64,000 nt of DNA from Lytechinus pictus (GCF_037042905.1 NC_087252.1:21206001-21270000), one strand, 5' to 3'; positions 27,601 through 41,589 are shown, counted from the first letter of the stretch. Numbers and translations: made by a program. The notes: generated from the sequence alone by a model not told the origin.

Positions 27601-28168
27601 ATAGTTTTTCATGCCAATTATCTTGCCCATTCTAAACCAATTTTCAAAGAATTGAAGTTATTGAATATTTTTGATATGAATGATTTTAATATTGCAGTTT
27701 TCATGTTTTTAGTTTTTAATAAAATTATACCATCTAGTCTTTCAACATTTTTCAAATTGAATTCTGATTTTTACTTGTATAATATGCGAAAGCCTTTAGA
27801 TTTTCACTTGCCATTTGAGAGAACCAATATTGGTATCAATTCTATATTCTTTAAGGGTCCTAAAATTTGGAATGCATTACCTGATGACATTAAATTAAGT
27901 GTATCACTCAATTATTTCAAACGATTATTTAAAAAAAAATATTACTTATAAAATTATCAGGCTTTGTTTGTTCAAGTATCGTGTAGGGTTTGTCTTGGAA
28001 TATTAATAATTTGTATTTGTTTGTGCTTACATTTTGGTGGCAGCACTGTATAAGACTTGGTTCTTCTAAGCTGTCTCCACATTCTTATATTGATATTTTG
28101 TTTATTACTATGTATATTTATGTGTTTTTATGAATGAAATAAAAATTGAAAAAAAAAAAAAAAAAAAA
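24693..28168 (+). mobile_element. CR1/L2-group non-LTR retrotransposon insertion
   Basis: Absent at the paralogous site (~34546); AATAAA plus poly(A) at ~28138-28168; contains an APE-RT ORF. Confidence 0.92.
24997..27951 (+). CDS. LINE ORF2: APE endonuclease plus reverse transcriptase (984 aa; true start uncertain)
   Basis: Motifs ITETWL, YRPP, GDFN, SDHFP; NYRPIS, QYGFR, DLSKAFD, GVPQGSILGP, YADD. Confidence 0.95.
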   Translation: MILISRINELLSPIDGSDSFNGPNQNYYLPNEFNTCLKDCESFINFKNRFSCLHINSRSLKKNIDGLTSFLNCIDLDFCAIGITETWLKQNDSDYKIDGYSFIGLSRTGRRGGGVGAFIRNDFNFVHRNEYNIFSESIECICIEMKSCPKNILFNVIYRPPNSSFPNFIESLNILLGNVNSENKLLYFIGDFNLNLYNADSCSNVSDFLDAFMTKSLYPTIHYPTRVTDQSVTLIDNIFTNDLNDVSCGIFLVDVSDHFPIFCIHSKVIIPNKKIKLTKRVVNDHNILDFTNKLENVVWHTVDEDPNTSYNNFLHQFMQVYIECFPKVEMKNKSRKDKPWFNLDLRKMCHKKFLLYKKYIRNPTEYRERTYKSFRNKVNSEIKRVKREYFENQFFEVKANLKRTWKIINKALGNKRNINIIENINVHDEIITDDFIKAQTFNKYFIEIGSSLTNNIQCNTSGINFTQYLKRNIHTAFFNPITPGEIVKITSSFDNQSSAGFDEINISIVKKVIHIICYPLCNIFNSVLSIGVFPDQLKIGKVVPVFKNGSPAVSNYRPISVLPVFSKMLEKCIYNRLLYFLDKYDIIVKSQYGFRPGHSTSSALADLVCKVSTAFNYKEILFGLFLDLSKAFDTLDHNILLYKLRNYGIRGVLLDLFESYLFNRKQYVFINNVKSELDTVGCGVPQGSILGPLLFLIYINDVCNISEKLHFILYADDTSVFMSDTNINSLMVNFNNELCKLSQWLVVNRLILNVNKTQCMIFTNKKINYNNIIIEMNGTKINVATSINFLGVIVNNKLLWHEHINQVCNKVSKCIGVLYRLKHFPRKVLLMIYNAIISPHLNYCNIVWANSRNYSMMRLFLLQKKAIRIVFHANYLAHSKPIFKELKLLNIFDMNDFNIAVFMFLVFNKIIPSSLSTFFKLNSDFYLYNMRKPLDFHLPFERTNIGINSIFFKGPKIWNALPDDIKLSVSLNYFKRLFKKKYYL

Positions 28169-29937
28169 TGAGGATCGACGTTGTTCGGGTACCGTAAACA
28201 TGGTAAATGTAGCTTGACACGAGAGCGAAAGAACTAGTAGGCTTCTGTTAAACAAAAGAAAATATATAATTTAATCAAATATTTTCCATGCATTATTAAT
28301 TTGTGATAAAATTGTGTGCGAAATGTGTGATATTCACGCTCTTCAATCAAAATTTAACATTTCATTTTCAAAATAGGCCCTCTTGGAGATCTGTTAAACG
28401 TAAGCCAAGGTGGATGTGAGTAGATAACTTTGAATTTATACTGTATACATTAATTTTAAAGACCGAGGAGACGTTGATATATATACACAAATTTTAATTT
28501 GAATTCAAAATCAAATTGTAGCACGAAAAGATAAATTTGACCTATTAAGCATGTTAAGCATTGCGTGCAAGGAGACTAAAATTAACAAATAAATTGGATT
28601 TAACCTACATTTTGTTAAAAGTGTTCAAATTGTAATTGTGTCCTTTCTCAATATTAATCATTCGAAATCACCAAACATAACTACCCAACTGAAAGGGTAA
28701 AATATATTCCTCAACAGTTGGTTAACATACTTTACACACACGACCTTAGTTGGTTCGAATTCAACCAACTGTTGTGTTTTCCTAGTGAATTCGTGGCTTT
28801 TTAACTAAAAAAAACCCCACAAACTTCCTAAAATGCACTGTCGTTATATAAATCAGATCACTGGCAACATTACATGTATAAAATAAACCCCATAATAATG
28901 CTGTTTGTATACGTATACTCCAATTTTAGTTTATATTACTTTTACATTCCGCTATAATGTAAAACATCCTTCATTCTGATATAGTAGTACAAAAACATTA
29001 AAAATACCTACAATAATGATAAAAGAAGGTGGCTGCATTACCCATTACAGCGATCTGAAAATTATTTCGACTATGAAATGAACTCGGCTTTTGTGCATAT
29101 TGTGTATTATATGCGCTCATATTATATACATTATACATGTATATTATTTGTTATTACTTGTTTCTTCTTAAAATTGCAACTAGCCAAAGTACCTGCTCCT
29201 GCTGCCCGCTTTCTTTCTATGTCATGTACTCTGCACTTCTCTGTCCCTCCCCTCTTCTCCGCCTCACCTTCCCCCTCTCTCCCTAATGCTATAAAACAAA
29301 AGATTTCTCACATGATCCATCGGTTACTTTTTTTTTCGTAAAATGCACCAAAATTGTTTGTACTTATTTTTAAACAAAAGTTCTATATATCATTACGACC
29401 CAGTGTTTTTTTTTTTTTTTTTTTGGTAATGAAACTAAGTTTATTTAGGGGCTTGCCTTTTGTACAAGCTTTGCTTTTTTCGGCAAGACCCTCCGTTTTA
29501 CTTTAAAATACAATTGTCATATTAGGTAATTTTACTTATTGAATTGTGTTCCTTAAATGTAAGATAATGTTATATATATTTTATTATGTCTTGCAGTATT
29601 TTCGACCTTGTTATGCTATATTTATCATGCTTATGTTGTGAAACATAAATCAATAAATCAAATCTAATCAAATCAAACTCATATTTCCGAACCCATATCA
29701 TAAAACAAAGAATGCACAGGTCCATGCTCTCAATGCGATACATGTACAGTATCGACGGGCGTACTCCGGTATTCACAATGTCGAATATGCGGTCAAGCGG
29801 CCTTGAGCCTTAAGTGTGCTTCATATCATTTGAAGAACTATACATCTACACCCTCAAAAGTGCTGCAAAATATTCATTATATGTATATTGAATTTATATC
29901 CTATTCATCAACCTATTATGCAAACCATCAATATCAT

Positions 29938-31749
29938 CTACAGAACATCTTCGTAATCTTCATCAATGGCCACCGTTGGTCGATTCCGGGATCCCGAACC
30001 TTCTTCATCTGAACCGTCTGCATTCGCTGGAAAGTTGAGTCCAGTATAAAGAGAAAGGCCACCAGGAAGTCTATCAAGAGATTCATAATTAGAATCAACG
30101 CCTTGCCCTGTCGGATCTTCCGTACCGGTACCTTTTGACATTCTACCTTTATGGCCTTGAACTTGCAATCTGTTTCGTATTTGCTTCAGACAAAGGCAAA
30201 GAACAGTTATGATCACTGTGAGAACTGCTACCAAGATGTATCCAATGATAGCGATTATCAGGGTTGGGGAAAGTTGAACTGACGAAGAAAATGGAACAGA
30301 TGTATAATCTAGAAGATCATTAGCCTTAGTGGTACGAGATGCTTGAATCGCAACTTGAACAGATGTAGACCGTGTTGTGTCCCTAGCAGAATGTTCTGGT
30401 CCCGTGGTTTGTGGGGTTGTTAGCTCATCTGGTGCGCAACCGTCTTTTAGAAAATACCTGGAATGACACATAGTACACTACCGTCAGCTCCAATGCCGTA
30501 TGGATTAAACTCAACCTGAAAATCACCATACCGTATGGTTGTATTAAAACTCAGAGCATCCCTGATGATTGCCCCGATCTGTGTCTCATTATTTATTGTA
30601 ACGTTTAGTTGAATCTGTTCGCTTGAATTGAAATTGTGAAGGTTGCCGTTCACATTCATCATTGACGGCGTCAAGGATTTAGCAAAACATGGTGAACAGT
30701 CTATTACTTGCACGTCGTATTCCTTGGTATAAGTTAACAATGATTCACACGACAATTCAAACCTGAAGCGATATATTGCGGATTCTACACTTGCGTTGTA
30801 AATATGCAAGTTACTAGTAAATTGATTCCTGGATATTTCATTCGTTATCACGTAAGATGGACCTTCAACCGTTTGAGAGAGCACGTAGATGTCATCTTTG
30901 TATGACGGACCATTCATGCCATAAGCCGTCATTCATTCACTCACTCGAGCATGCCGAGTGAGTGAATGATTTGCACGTTCTTTTACCATCACTCACTCGG
31001 GAGAGTGCGTGATTGAACAGTTTTACCCAATCAGAGAGCTAGAATCTTTATCAAGACCCCCCCCCCTCCCTCACAAAAGTGGTTGTACACTCACTCGAGT
31101 GGTTGTACAGGCAGTCGAGTGGTTGTACATCCACTCGAATGGATGTACTACTACTTCAGTGAGGGGGTCTCGATTACGAGGGGGCACTCGACCAAAAAAG
31201 TAGTAGGTCTGTGCCGCGGGCGAGACAAAAAACGGGGGCCTTGGAGCGGGCTTATTGTAAAAAGGAGGGTCCTCGAAACGGGCTTCGGAACTACAAATGT
31301 TTGTGAAAACGGGGGTCCTTGGAACGGGTCGCCTTCGCGTGAGTACGTATTCATCCCTATGGAACGGGCATACGTGCACCCGGCGGCACGGGCGCCGGGT
31401 GCGCTAGCGCAGAGGCGATGGTCGGACAGCGCTTTGCGGCCGCTTTTCACCAAAATTGCGGCTTATCAATACGGCCGGAACGGCGTAACGCAAAATATGC
31501 GAGGCTTTGGAGCGGATTTCTTTCTTCTTTTTCCTCGATAAGAAGAAAATGCTATGTTTTGGAGCGGCTTTCTTTGTTCTTTGTCTCAATAAGACAAAAA
31601 TGCTATGCCTTGGAACGGAAATTTGAGTGTAAAAATGGGGGTCCCCTCCGCGGCACATACCCACTATGCATTATATACTGAGTGCCCCCCCCCCCCCGGG
31701 GGTATACTGCTACACAAAATAACATGTTTGCGGTATTTCTCGAATTCAT
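29938..31749 (-). pseudogene. Ig-V-like receptor paralogue 2 (insertion-disrupted, frameshifted)
   Basis: Leader at 31702-31749; ~800-bp insertion replaces ~150 bp of the N-terminal Ig strands; second Ig Cys changed to Phe (YRF); frameshift near 30450; tail SNYESL/SLYTGL/EDYEDV. Confidence 0.85.
30903..31701. mobile_element. Composite insertion of non-autonomous DNA-transposon fragments
   Basis: Absent from paralogues; GC-rich part 31180-31699 has imperfect TIRs gggggcactc...gtgccgcgg; small hairpins at 30924-30969 and 31050-31174. Confidence 0.7.
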
Positions 31750-33349
31750 CACTACCAAACCCAATAAGTTCTAAAAATTGAATCACATACTTTCCCTAGT
31801 TTAAATAGATATTTTTCTGTCAACTAAATAGAAACGCTATATTTTTCTGTGAAAGTACCAACATTTTGTGTTTCATAATGACTTGGTTGTTTTGACACAT
31901 ACATCCATTGTTGCTATTGGGGAGGAGAGGGACAAGCCTATGTCTTACAAAAATGTATCGATATAACCATATAAGGCACTTCGCAAAGAAAATAAGCACA
32001 TGCTTGATAGTCGACGAAGCCTTGTATAGAGAAAGAGAGAGAGAAAGAGATTGTGTGTGTGTGTTGGGGGGGGGGGGATGGGGAAGAGTTAATCCATGCA
32101 TTCCCGTGCACTAATATTCATCCGTTTACGTCATTTCATATAGTTCTTTTTCTTGTTAAATTTCGATTCACAGTTTGGCCACGCTTTACGTAAACAAAAT
32201 AATTTCAGTTCTGGTTAATCCTATTTCCTTATCTTCCATACAGCGATTATTGATACAATTTAAAAAAACGTTCAGCAAACATATTTTCTTAATATACAAA
32301 GTTCATTTTTATCACTATCATTTTTATACTCTTGCATGATACCTAATACTCCAAGCTCTTACCTACCAATTTAAGGAAAGTGATGTTTACATATAAGCAT
32401 GGTTGATGTGTCAGCCACGTCTTGTTTTCATGTGTAACTTTCAAAGTGGGAATTTTGTTTGGAAGATTTAAAAGACTTTTGTTTTTTGCATGATATTGAA
32501 AATAGAAATGTACCTTTTTATGTGTAATTTCAAAAGTATGAACTATGGAAAGATTAAACATACTATTTTTGTATTAAATTGAAACTAGAATTGTTCGAAC
32601 TTTTTCGAACTTTCGAACGTTATTGTCAATCTTTGCAAGTTTACAATACAATTTTAAAGTTCATTTTGATTTGATTGAATTGAATAAAAAAATATAGAAA
32701 TTAATTTCAGTGGAAAAGTAGCAAACGCTTTGTGACACAGCATGTGAATCAAGGAACTTTAAGAAGATACCTTTTTTCTACTTCCACGACAAACAGTACA
32801 AAACTTTGCGGTGTACATTATTAATGGAACGAAGACTACGAAGGAAGAACACCCAGAAACTTACGAAACAAAAAGTGGAAAAATCTTGGTATTTAAAAAA
32901 AAATAGCAAGCTTTTGTAACAATAAAATAGATAATGTCAAAGAAGATTTAATTTCAATTTTAAAAACCTTTGGTTCAGGAAACATATCGTATTGGTAGGA
33001 AGAGGCTAAAAAGGATGTACAGAAAAAAGAAACTGGGGAGTGACATAGACAGAAATACATTGTTTAGGTGTGACAACTAAATTATTTAAGTGTCACACTT
33101 GGTCATTAGCCGAAATGGCATTGGACGTGGAGGCAATTCGTCCCCCACACACACACACACATGCACACAAGTAAATACTACTCCTGACGAATTGAGGCTT
33201 CATTCTCACCACAAGAAATACCCAAGCCGTATAATAGCGACGACCTTCGCGGAGAAACGTATGTAATGGCATTTAAATGTTCCTTTAATCATTTTTATTT
33301 GAAGTCGTTACCATGACACAGTGTCTGATAATCTCGATTTTTTTTTTCT

Positions 33350-33715
33350 ATACTGTGAATGCATTGTAACCCACATTATGAACATTCAGTGATCTACACT
33401 GTGAATACACTGTGATCCATATTGTGAAACCACTGTGGACACTCTGTATTCTACACTGTTAATACACAGTGATCTACACTGTGGACACTCTGTGATCTAA
33501 ACTGTGAACACACTGTGATCTACACTGTGAACACACTGAGATCTACATTGTGAACACACTGTGATCTACACTGTGAACACACTTCGATATACACTGTGAA
33601 CAAACTGTGGTCTACACTGTGAACACACTGTGATCTGCACTGTGAGCATACCATGATCCTGATTGTGAAAGCACTGTCATCTACACTATGGACGCACTGT
33701 TATCCAAACTGTGAA
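33350..33715. repeat. 23-bp minisatellite, paralogous copy
   Basis: Same unit as 23590-24090, at an equivalent position upstream of paralogue 2. Confidence 0.85.
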
Positions 33716-33954
33716 AACAAAGCTTGGTTTCTTTCTCTCTCGATGACCTTTCCCTTCTTTTCCATGTCTTTTACTTGTCACCTTCCTTTCCATTCTTTTT
33801 ATCTTGTTAAGTTTTCTTTGCCTTTCTCTAAACTTTGTTACCACGCTCCTTTGTTGTTTTCAACTTCCTCCTTCTCTCTTTATTCATTTTCACTTCCTTT
33901 CCTCTTCTCTCCTCTCCATTCTTTTTCAAGTCTTTCTTTTCATCTCTTACCCCA

Positions 33955-34222
33955 ACCGGTGTGTTGGCTGAGTTGGTAGAGCGTCCGTCTCACAACCGGA
34001 AGGTCGGGGGTTCAAACCCCGGCCGCGTCAGACCAAAATACGTTAAAAGATGGGAGTTGCTGCTACCCTGTTTGGCGTCCAACGATTAAAGGGATAGAGC
34101 CTCGTCGATCTGGCGCTGCACAGCGGCTGCCGGGCCCACGATCAATTGGGCAAAGCAAATTTTCGGAGTATTTAATTTCATGTCTATTTCGAACAATAAA
34201 ATATGGATTTTCATTTTCATTT
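33955..34222 (+). mobile_element. tRNA-derived SINE
   Basis: A box TGGCTGAGTTGG, B box GGTTCAAACCC, tRNA-unrelated body, (ttttca) tail; absent from the paralogous segment near 24370. Confidence 0.8.
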
Positions 34223-35767
34223 GGATTTTTTTCTTTTCACTTTCCTTCATGTCCGTTCTTTACACTTATACCCTGGCTTTCCGTACCCCTCCCTTTCTTC
34301 CCCTTCCTTTTATATCTCCTTTTCTCAATTTTTTCCCTCGGGGAAGGGTAGTGTTCCAGCCCCCCCCCCCTCCAACTGTTCTAACTTCCTTCATGTTTAC
34401 ACATCGTCTGATAATTTGAGGTATATAAAATAATACTCGTTTTTGTTGCAAATTCTTGATGTTAGTTTTAAAATACCCCCCCGCACGCACGCACACACAC
34501 ACACACACACACACTCACTTTTAAAATCTTGATAAAAAAAACATTGTTTTAAGATAAGGATCGACGTTGTTCGGGTACCGTAAACATGGTAAATGTAGCT
34601 TGACACGAGAGCAAAAGAACTAGTAGGCTTATGTTAAACAAAAGAAAATACATAATTTAATCAAATATTTTCCATGCATTATTAATTTTTGATAAAATGG
34701 TGTGCGAAATGTTTAATATTCACACTCTTCAATCAACATTTAACATTTTTTTTCCATACAGGCCCTCTTGGAGATCTGTACAACATAAGCCAAGTTGGAT
34801 GTGAGTAGATAACTTTGATTTAATACTGTAGACATTAATTGTAAAGACCGAGGAGACGTTGATGTATACAAATTCTAACTTGAATAAAAAAATCAAAATT
34901 TTACCACGAAGACGGAAATTTTGATCTATTAAGCTTAGGGTGCAGGGAGAGAAAAGTTAACAAATAAATAGGATTTTACTAACATTCTTGTGTTATCAAA
35001 CTGTTTCATTTCTCAATTATTCATTCAATATTGCCCAACATGATTACCCAACTGAAAGAGTAAAATATAGTCATCAAAGGGTAAAGTATATTCTTAAAAT
35101 GTTGTTTAACATACTACCCACTGAATTTTAAGTCGTTTCGAGTTCAACCAACTGTTTTATTTTCCTTAGTGATTTCATGGCTACTTAACTAAACAAACAA
35201 ACACATACACACAAATCTTAGATAGACTACACTGTATAAGGTAGATCACTTGCAGCATTACATGTGTATAAAGAAACAGACAAAAATGCTGCTTATATAC
35301 GTATGTTCCAATGTCAATTTTTCAGGTGAATCTAGTCAAAGCTAACGATAATTTTAGTTTGTATTACTTTTACAATCTGTTGTAATGTAAAACATTCTGC
35401 ATTCTGATATAGTAGTACAAAAAACATTAAAAATACCTACAATAATCTGATAATGATAAAAGAAGGAGGTTGCATTCCCCATTACGACGATATCAAAATA
35501 ATTTTGACTATGATATGAACTCATATTTCCGAATCATAAAACAAAGGATGCACAGGTCCATGCTCTAAATGCTATACAGTATCGACGGGCGTACTCCGGT
35601 ATTCACAATGTCGAATATGCGGTCAAACGGCCTTGAGCCTTAAGTGTGCTGCATATCGTTTGAAGAACTATACATCTACACCCTCAAAAGTGCTGCAAAA
35701 TATTCACTCTATGTATATTGATTTTATGTCCTATTCATCAACCTATTATGCAAACCATCAATATCAT

Positions 35768-36990
35768 CTACAGAACATCTTCGTAATCTTCATCAATGGC
35801 CACCGTTGGTCGATTCCGGGATCCCGAACCTTCTTCATCTGAACCGTCTGCTTTCGCTGGAAAGTTGAGTCCAGTATAAAGAGAAATACCACCACGATGT
35901 CCATCAAGAGATTCATAATTAGAATCAACACCTTTCCCTGTGAGATCTTCCTCACCAGTACTTTTTGACGTTCCACCTTCATGGCCTTGAACTTGCATTT
36001 TGCTTCGTATTTGACAGAGAACAATGATGATCACTACCAGAACAGCTACCAAGATGTAGCCAATGATGGCGATTATTAGGGTTGGGGAAAGTTGAAATGA
36101 TGAAGAAAGTGGAAAAGATGTTAAGCGGAGGAGATCCTTTGTTTTAGTGGTTAGGGTAGACCGAACAGACGCTGGGGCTGATGTAGAACCAAATAGTTGT
36201 TCGATGGGGAGATCCTTTGACTTAGCGGGGAGAGGTGAATCAATCGATGCTGGGGCTGATGTACAGGTAGAATCAAATAATTGTTCGGTGGAAGTTTGCG
36301 GTCCCCTGGTTTGTCGGGTTGTCAACTCCGCTGGTGCAGTTCCGTTTATCTCAAGGTCTGGAACCTTGCATGTTATGCTCCCCTGAGCTCCTATGCCGTA
36401 TGGATTAAACTCAACCTGGAAATCACCATACCATATGGTTGTATTAAAGCTCAGCTTGCTACCACAAATGATTGCTCCTAACTGTGTCTCATTATTTGTT
36501 GTAACATTCAGTTTGATTAGTTCGTTTGCATTAAAATTGTTGAGGTAGCAGTTCACACTTATCATTGACGGCGTAAAGGAGTTAACAAAACATGGTGAAC
36601 ATTCTATTACACGCACGTCGTATACCTTGATATCAGGGAAACCACACCACCACCACTCACTCCGGCATTCATAATTTGCCGATTCTACATTGGCGTTGTA
36701 AATATACAGGATACTTGAACGTTGATTCTGAGACACTTCAATTCTCATCTCACCATCTTGATTGTCAATCGACCCGTGGAACACGTTGCTGCCATCTTTG
36801 AACCACGTCTGAGAGTTAATATAATGGCACTTACTGCTCGGGGCTGAATTTTGCAAACTAAAGAAACATGCTCTCCTGGATTGGCAACAATCCTGTATCG
36901 AGATACATCACTAGCTTCCGTGTAGAATATCATCACCAGGAGGTGCAGTACTACACTGAGAGCCATGTCTACGAAGATTCTCGAATACAT
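35768..36990 (-). pseudogene. Ig-V-like receptor paralogue 3 (single frameshift; could be intact if a sequencing error)
   Basis: Leader and first Cys (…VSLVCK) are in the ORF 36745-36990 frame; WFKDG...YEC...TM...tail are in ORF 35768-36856; frames differ by 1 nt. Confidence 0.8.
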
Positions 36991-39014
36991 CTCTTACAAA
37001 GTGAAATCAGGATATACTTTCCCTTATATATATATATATATATATATATATTTCTATCTAGAAACTCAAATGGTTTCATCCTTCTGCGAAGGCAGCCGGA
37101 ACTTTCACTCTCATAATGACTTGGTCATAATGGCGCATACTGCCATTATTGGTAAATGGGAGGAGAGGTCAAGTCAATGTCGATGTGTTGTAGCCAAGGC
37201 CTAACCCCTCAGGGCAAAGGCATTTCAATTTAACGATTTACAAAATAGGGGGATAATAAACAAAAGAAAGGCACGTACAAAATTTGTATTAAAGGATATC
37301 AACAAGCTTATACAGTGCGTATCACAAAAAAACCGGGACAGATTTGAAAAGTCTATAAAATTTTTGTTTCAAATTATGATCTCTATATTTTGGTGTCAAT
37401 AGGTGCTCTGAGGTTTTATCCTTCAAATGCCATCAAAATAATTTAGTTTCGTTCATGCTTGAGCGAACACGGAATGTTTTTGTCTGGGGTTAAAAAGGAG
37501 GCTTGCGCCAAAATGGCATAAAATTATAAATATGATGGACTTCCTCTTAACCTTTTCATTATCTTTGCCATAATTTTCGAATTATACGGTAAAAATTAGT
37601 TTCCAAATTTACTTATTTGCTTGAATAGTTCTGTTTTTGTTCGTTTTTAATATGTTCTCTTTCAGCTTTGAATATCCCTTCTCTAAGCAAAAACATTTTT
37701 TTTTTCAAATCCTCTCATGGTGTGCTACAAAGGTGTTGCTTTTGAACAGTGGCATACTGATGGGTGGGGGATCGGGGTGCCGCCCCCCCCCAAAAAAAAA
37801 AAAAACATAGAAAGTGAAATATGATATCATTTTCTTCATATTATGTCAAAATCACAAAATTTAATATTTTAATGAAAATAAGTGGAAATGTTTTGCTTGC
37901 TCGCTTCACAACTTTTTATTACATTTTACCCGATCTGCCTTATTTTGCTCCTTAAAAATCGACTCAATAAGCTACACCATTGCCATTGAAAGACACGAAT
38001 CCTTTTCTGTTTGTCCTGCCAAGCACATAATTAAACTTGAAGTATTTAATAACCCCTTGAAAATAGGATTCATGTCTCTTATAGGTACCATAACATAATT
38101 TGTTTCACATAATAAAAGGATTTGAATAATTACACATTCTCCCAATTAATAATGCAAATCTTCTTACTTGGGTTGACAAAAAGTCTTCCTTTCTTACTTA
38201 TGAAGGAAAATTCGAAGGTAAAAGAAGTTTAAATGAAAAACAAAATAATTCAGGTAACTAAGTAAATTTGTAAATGAAATTTGACAGCATAATTTGTTAA
38301 ATTATGGCAAAGATAATGAAAAGATTAAGAGGATGTCTGCTGATTCGCTAAAATTCTAATCATCAAATTTCTAATTTCTGCCATTTTGGCGCAAGCCTCT
38401 TTTTGAACCCCCGACAAAAACGTCCCATGTTCGCTCAAGCATGAACAAAATATATATATTTTTAAATTGCATTTCGAAGATAAGATATCAGAGCATCTAT
38501 TAACATCAAAATATATACACAACAAAAAAAGTAAGTCCACCCTAAATCAAACTGCTCTAACTTTTGAACGGAATTATATTGAGATATGATATTTCGTACG
38601 TGTGGTTTTCGACACTCATTAAGCAACTCCTGGGGGAAAATGAGATTGATCAGTTGAGTCATGCATGAGAAATTAAAGATTGAATTAAAAATGACCATTT
38701 TTGAAAGTCACAAGAGTTGTGCAAATACAAAGTTGGGCAAAAGTTGTTGTTAGGTGAATTTTGTGGTGTTTATATTATTTTACTATCCATCATTTAGCCA
38801 CTCCACACACAATTTTGATATCGTATATTCATGGTTGAGTGAGCACAATATTGCAGGGGCTGCAGAATCGGGGGGGGGGGGGGGGCGGGGGCTGCCCCCC
38901 CCCCACTTTTTTCTAAAAGCATGTACAAAAATGTAAAAATGACCATACGATTGTGATTTTTTGCATAGTCAGCCCCCACCCCCGTTCCGCGGCCCGTTCC
39001 GCGGCCCCTGTATT

Positions 39015-39684
39015 TTGATTTGATTTGATTTGATTTATTGTTTTCTTCTGCATCCATAACATTCGTATAATACATTTTTCATAACATAATAAACATAATA
39101 TGCTAGCATTTTTGGCATGAATCATAAATAAAGAGTATTAAAAAGATAATTTCAGACAAAAATGATTAACTATATGATATTCACAATGTGCAGGAGAAGG
39201 ATTGTCATCATAAGCAGATTGCTTGAAAAAAATGACAATCCCAAACTTATACTAATTGAATTAATTAATACATTTATAAAGCAGAATGGGCATACATTTT
39301 CAAATACGAAACATGAATTCATGCAATATTATAGTATGAAGATGATAAAGCTGAGGGTGACGGTGATATGATGATGATGATGATGATGAAGGCCATGGAG
39401 ATGATGGTGGTCATGATGAAGATATTGGTAATGACTAAATCGAAGGAGGAATAAATTCACGATAAAAAGGATATGACACAGAAATTTTACTTCAAATATT
39501 CTGATAATAACATAGATTTAACGTTTGCCTTAAATGAGTGAAGAGACGAAGATTGTTTTACAGGCTCTGGTAGAGAGTTCCACAAATCTGGACCATGGTG
39601 TCTTATGGATCTCTGCGCAATAAGCAATTTAGGGTTGATTAAATGGAAATTTGAAGAGTTACGGGTAGGGTAAGAATGAATAGA
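39015..39684 (-). mobile_element. 3' fragment of a CR1/L2-group LINE
   Basis: ORF end HNTSIHSYPTR...GPDLWNSLP...SLHSFK; (TCAAA)n tail; TGTATT on both sides; absent from copy A. Confidence 0.8.
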
Positions 39685-40775
39685 TGTATTGTGACGTATC
39701 ATCAAAGGGGTTTTTGGTAGTATCCTCTACAACTTGTTACGTCATATTAAAATTTGAAAATGTTGGTGGCTCCCCCAATTATAGGCCCCTCCCCCATTTT
39801 TAGATTATGGATCCACCCCTGATTTGTCCATAAAATAAACTGATTGTGAGAAATTGTTAGGAAAAGAATACATTTATGCAGTATAAAGAGTATTCATTCC
39901 TAAGTTTTTTAATGTGCTCGCTCAACCATGAAAATGTTAAAAGTTCGGAAAGTGTGTGGTGATAGAAATGGTGGATGATAAAAACAACAGCAATTAAAGT
40001 CACATTTGAAACAGAATTTGCCCCCAATATTCACCTTAATACCCTTTAAAATGAGTCTGTGATATTGAAAATACCCATTTTCCCACTTTGATGAGTGCTC
40101 ACTCATCCATAAATTAACAAATCAATTTCATTCTTGCACATAATTCTGCCCATAGATTGATAAACATACCGCCAAATGACATTGCTAAAGACAGCCTTGA
40201 AAAAAAGTTCCACCATATTGAATAAGGGGTTACTTATTCTTAAACATATGCACCCATAATGTACACAAGTCTATGAGAAAGGAAGTCAAAATTTTAACAA
40301 ATATGAAATAAGAATTGGTTTCATGGACGGTTTTGTTATTTCTGCCAACAGTTATTTCCTGAAACTTCGCACATGGCTTCAGAGCAACACTATCCAAAAG
40401 GCGCGCACACCAAAATAACAATTCGATACGGCACAGAGTGGGACCAAGGCCTTGAACTTTCTTCTCATTTGCATAATTTTCGAATATTGTGTGCTCACTG
40501 ATGCATTCAACATCGGGATTTTCATAAAAATCAAATCAAATGAACGATGCAAGGAGGTTTGTGACAGATATCCATAGTTACAAATTGCATTTTTTCCAAT
40601 AACGTGAAAAAGAGCTAATCACATTCCACATGTTCATTCAAGTGTGAATGTTTAATTTAACGCCTTTGAATCATTGAAGCATGTTAATTGGTCAAGAACA
40701 TAACGAAAAAGTTGATATAAGATATGTTTCAGTTACTAAAATGAAACAATACTTGCCTATGATATTTGAAAATCG

Positions 40776-41589
40776 TGTAAGAAATGAGGTCTTACTTAAA
40801 ATAAATATATCTGATTGACTCACCAGCACTGGGTTCCTTTATGTAAAGGCGAAGATGTAGAAAATCAAATGACTATAAATTCATCGGGATCCTTTAATGC
40901 GATGTCCATGAACAAGATAAACGTGATGTATATATATATATACAATAGATGGAGAAGAACGATGTCGCGATGAAGAACGACCGCGCCCGTGAGGCCTCAG
41001 CGAAACGCGTCGCGAATAGGGTGACACGAGATGTTCTCCTAGAGATATTGCACGCTCCCACTTGGATAAAACAAGCGATGGATATATATTTACATATGTC
41101 GAAATCAAAAGGATGAAAATGAAGAACTTAAAATCCTGATGATGTAAAATAAATCCAGAGTATGAGTTATTTGTTGTGTTGCAAAGAAGATGACTAGCAG
41201 AAATTGTACATGTCCTTACTAGGTGAAGACTTTCTACTGAGTGTGTTGGAGTGTAAAAATTAAACATGAGGTTGCTCTCAGCTTAAATCTGACTGCCTAG
41301 TAGTTGCTAAGTGAGAAAAACATCCACTTAGAAATAGACAGGAGCATTCCATGGCTTAGAAAATGAACATGAAAGAATTCCTGGCTGTTGTGTGAACATC
41401 TTGAATAAAGGATGACTGGGCCAGTAGGTGCACAAAAGAATCAAGTTGAATAGGCTAACTGAGAAGTGCTCCATCAAAAGAATTAATTAAGTTGTAAATC
41501 AGCTGTCTTTGCATGATCAATGTAAACAAAGTAGTGATCAAGCTCTGATCATGTTGAAATCAGTGTTTGATGAAAAGAAAACCACTACA
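40776..41589. mobile_element. Solo LTR (Gypsy-like)
   Basis: ATCG|TGTA...TACA|ATCG: TG..CA ends and 4-bp TSD; absent from copy A. Confidence 0.8.

Noticed and set aside
33955..34030. Genuine tRNA gene
   Set aside because: Continues into a SINE body and tail and is an insertion relative to the paralogous segment
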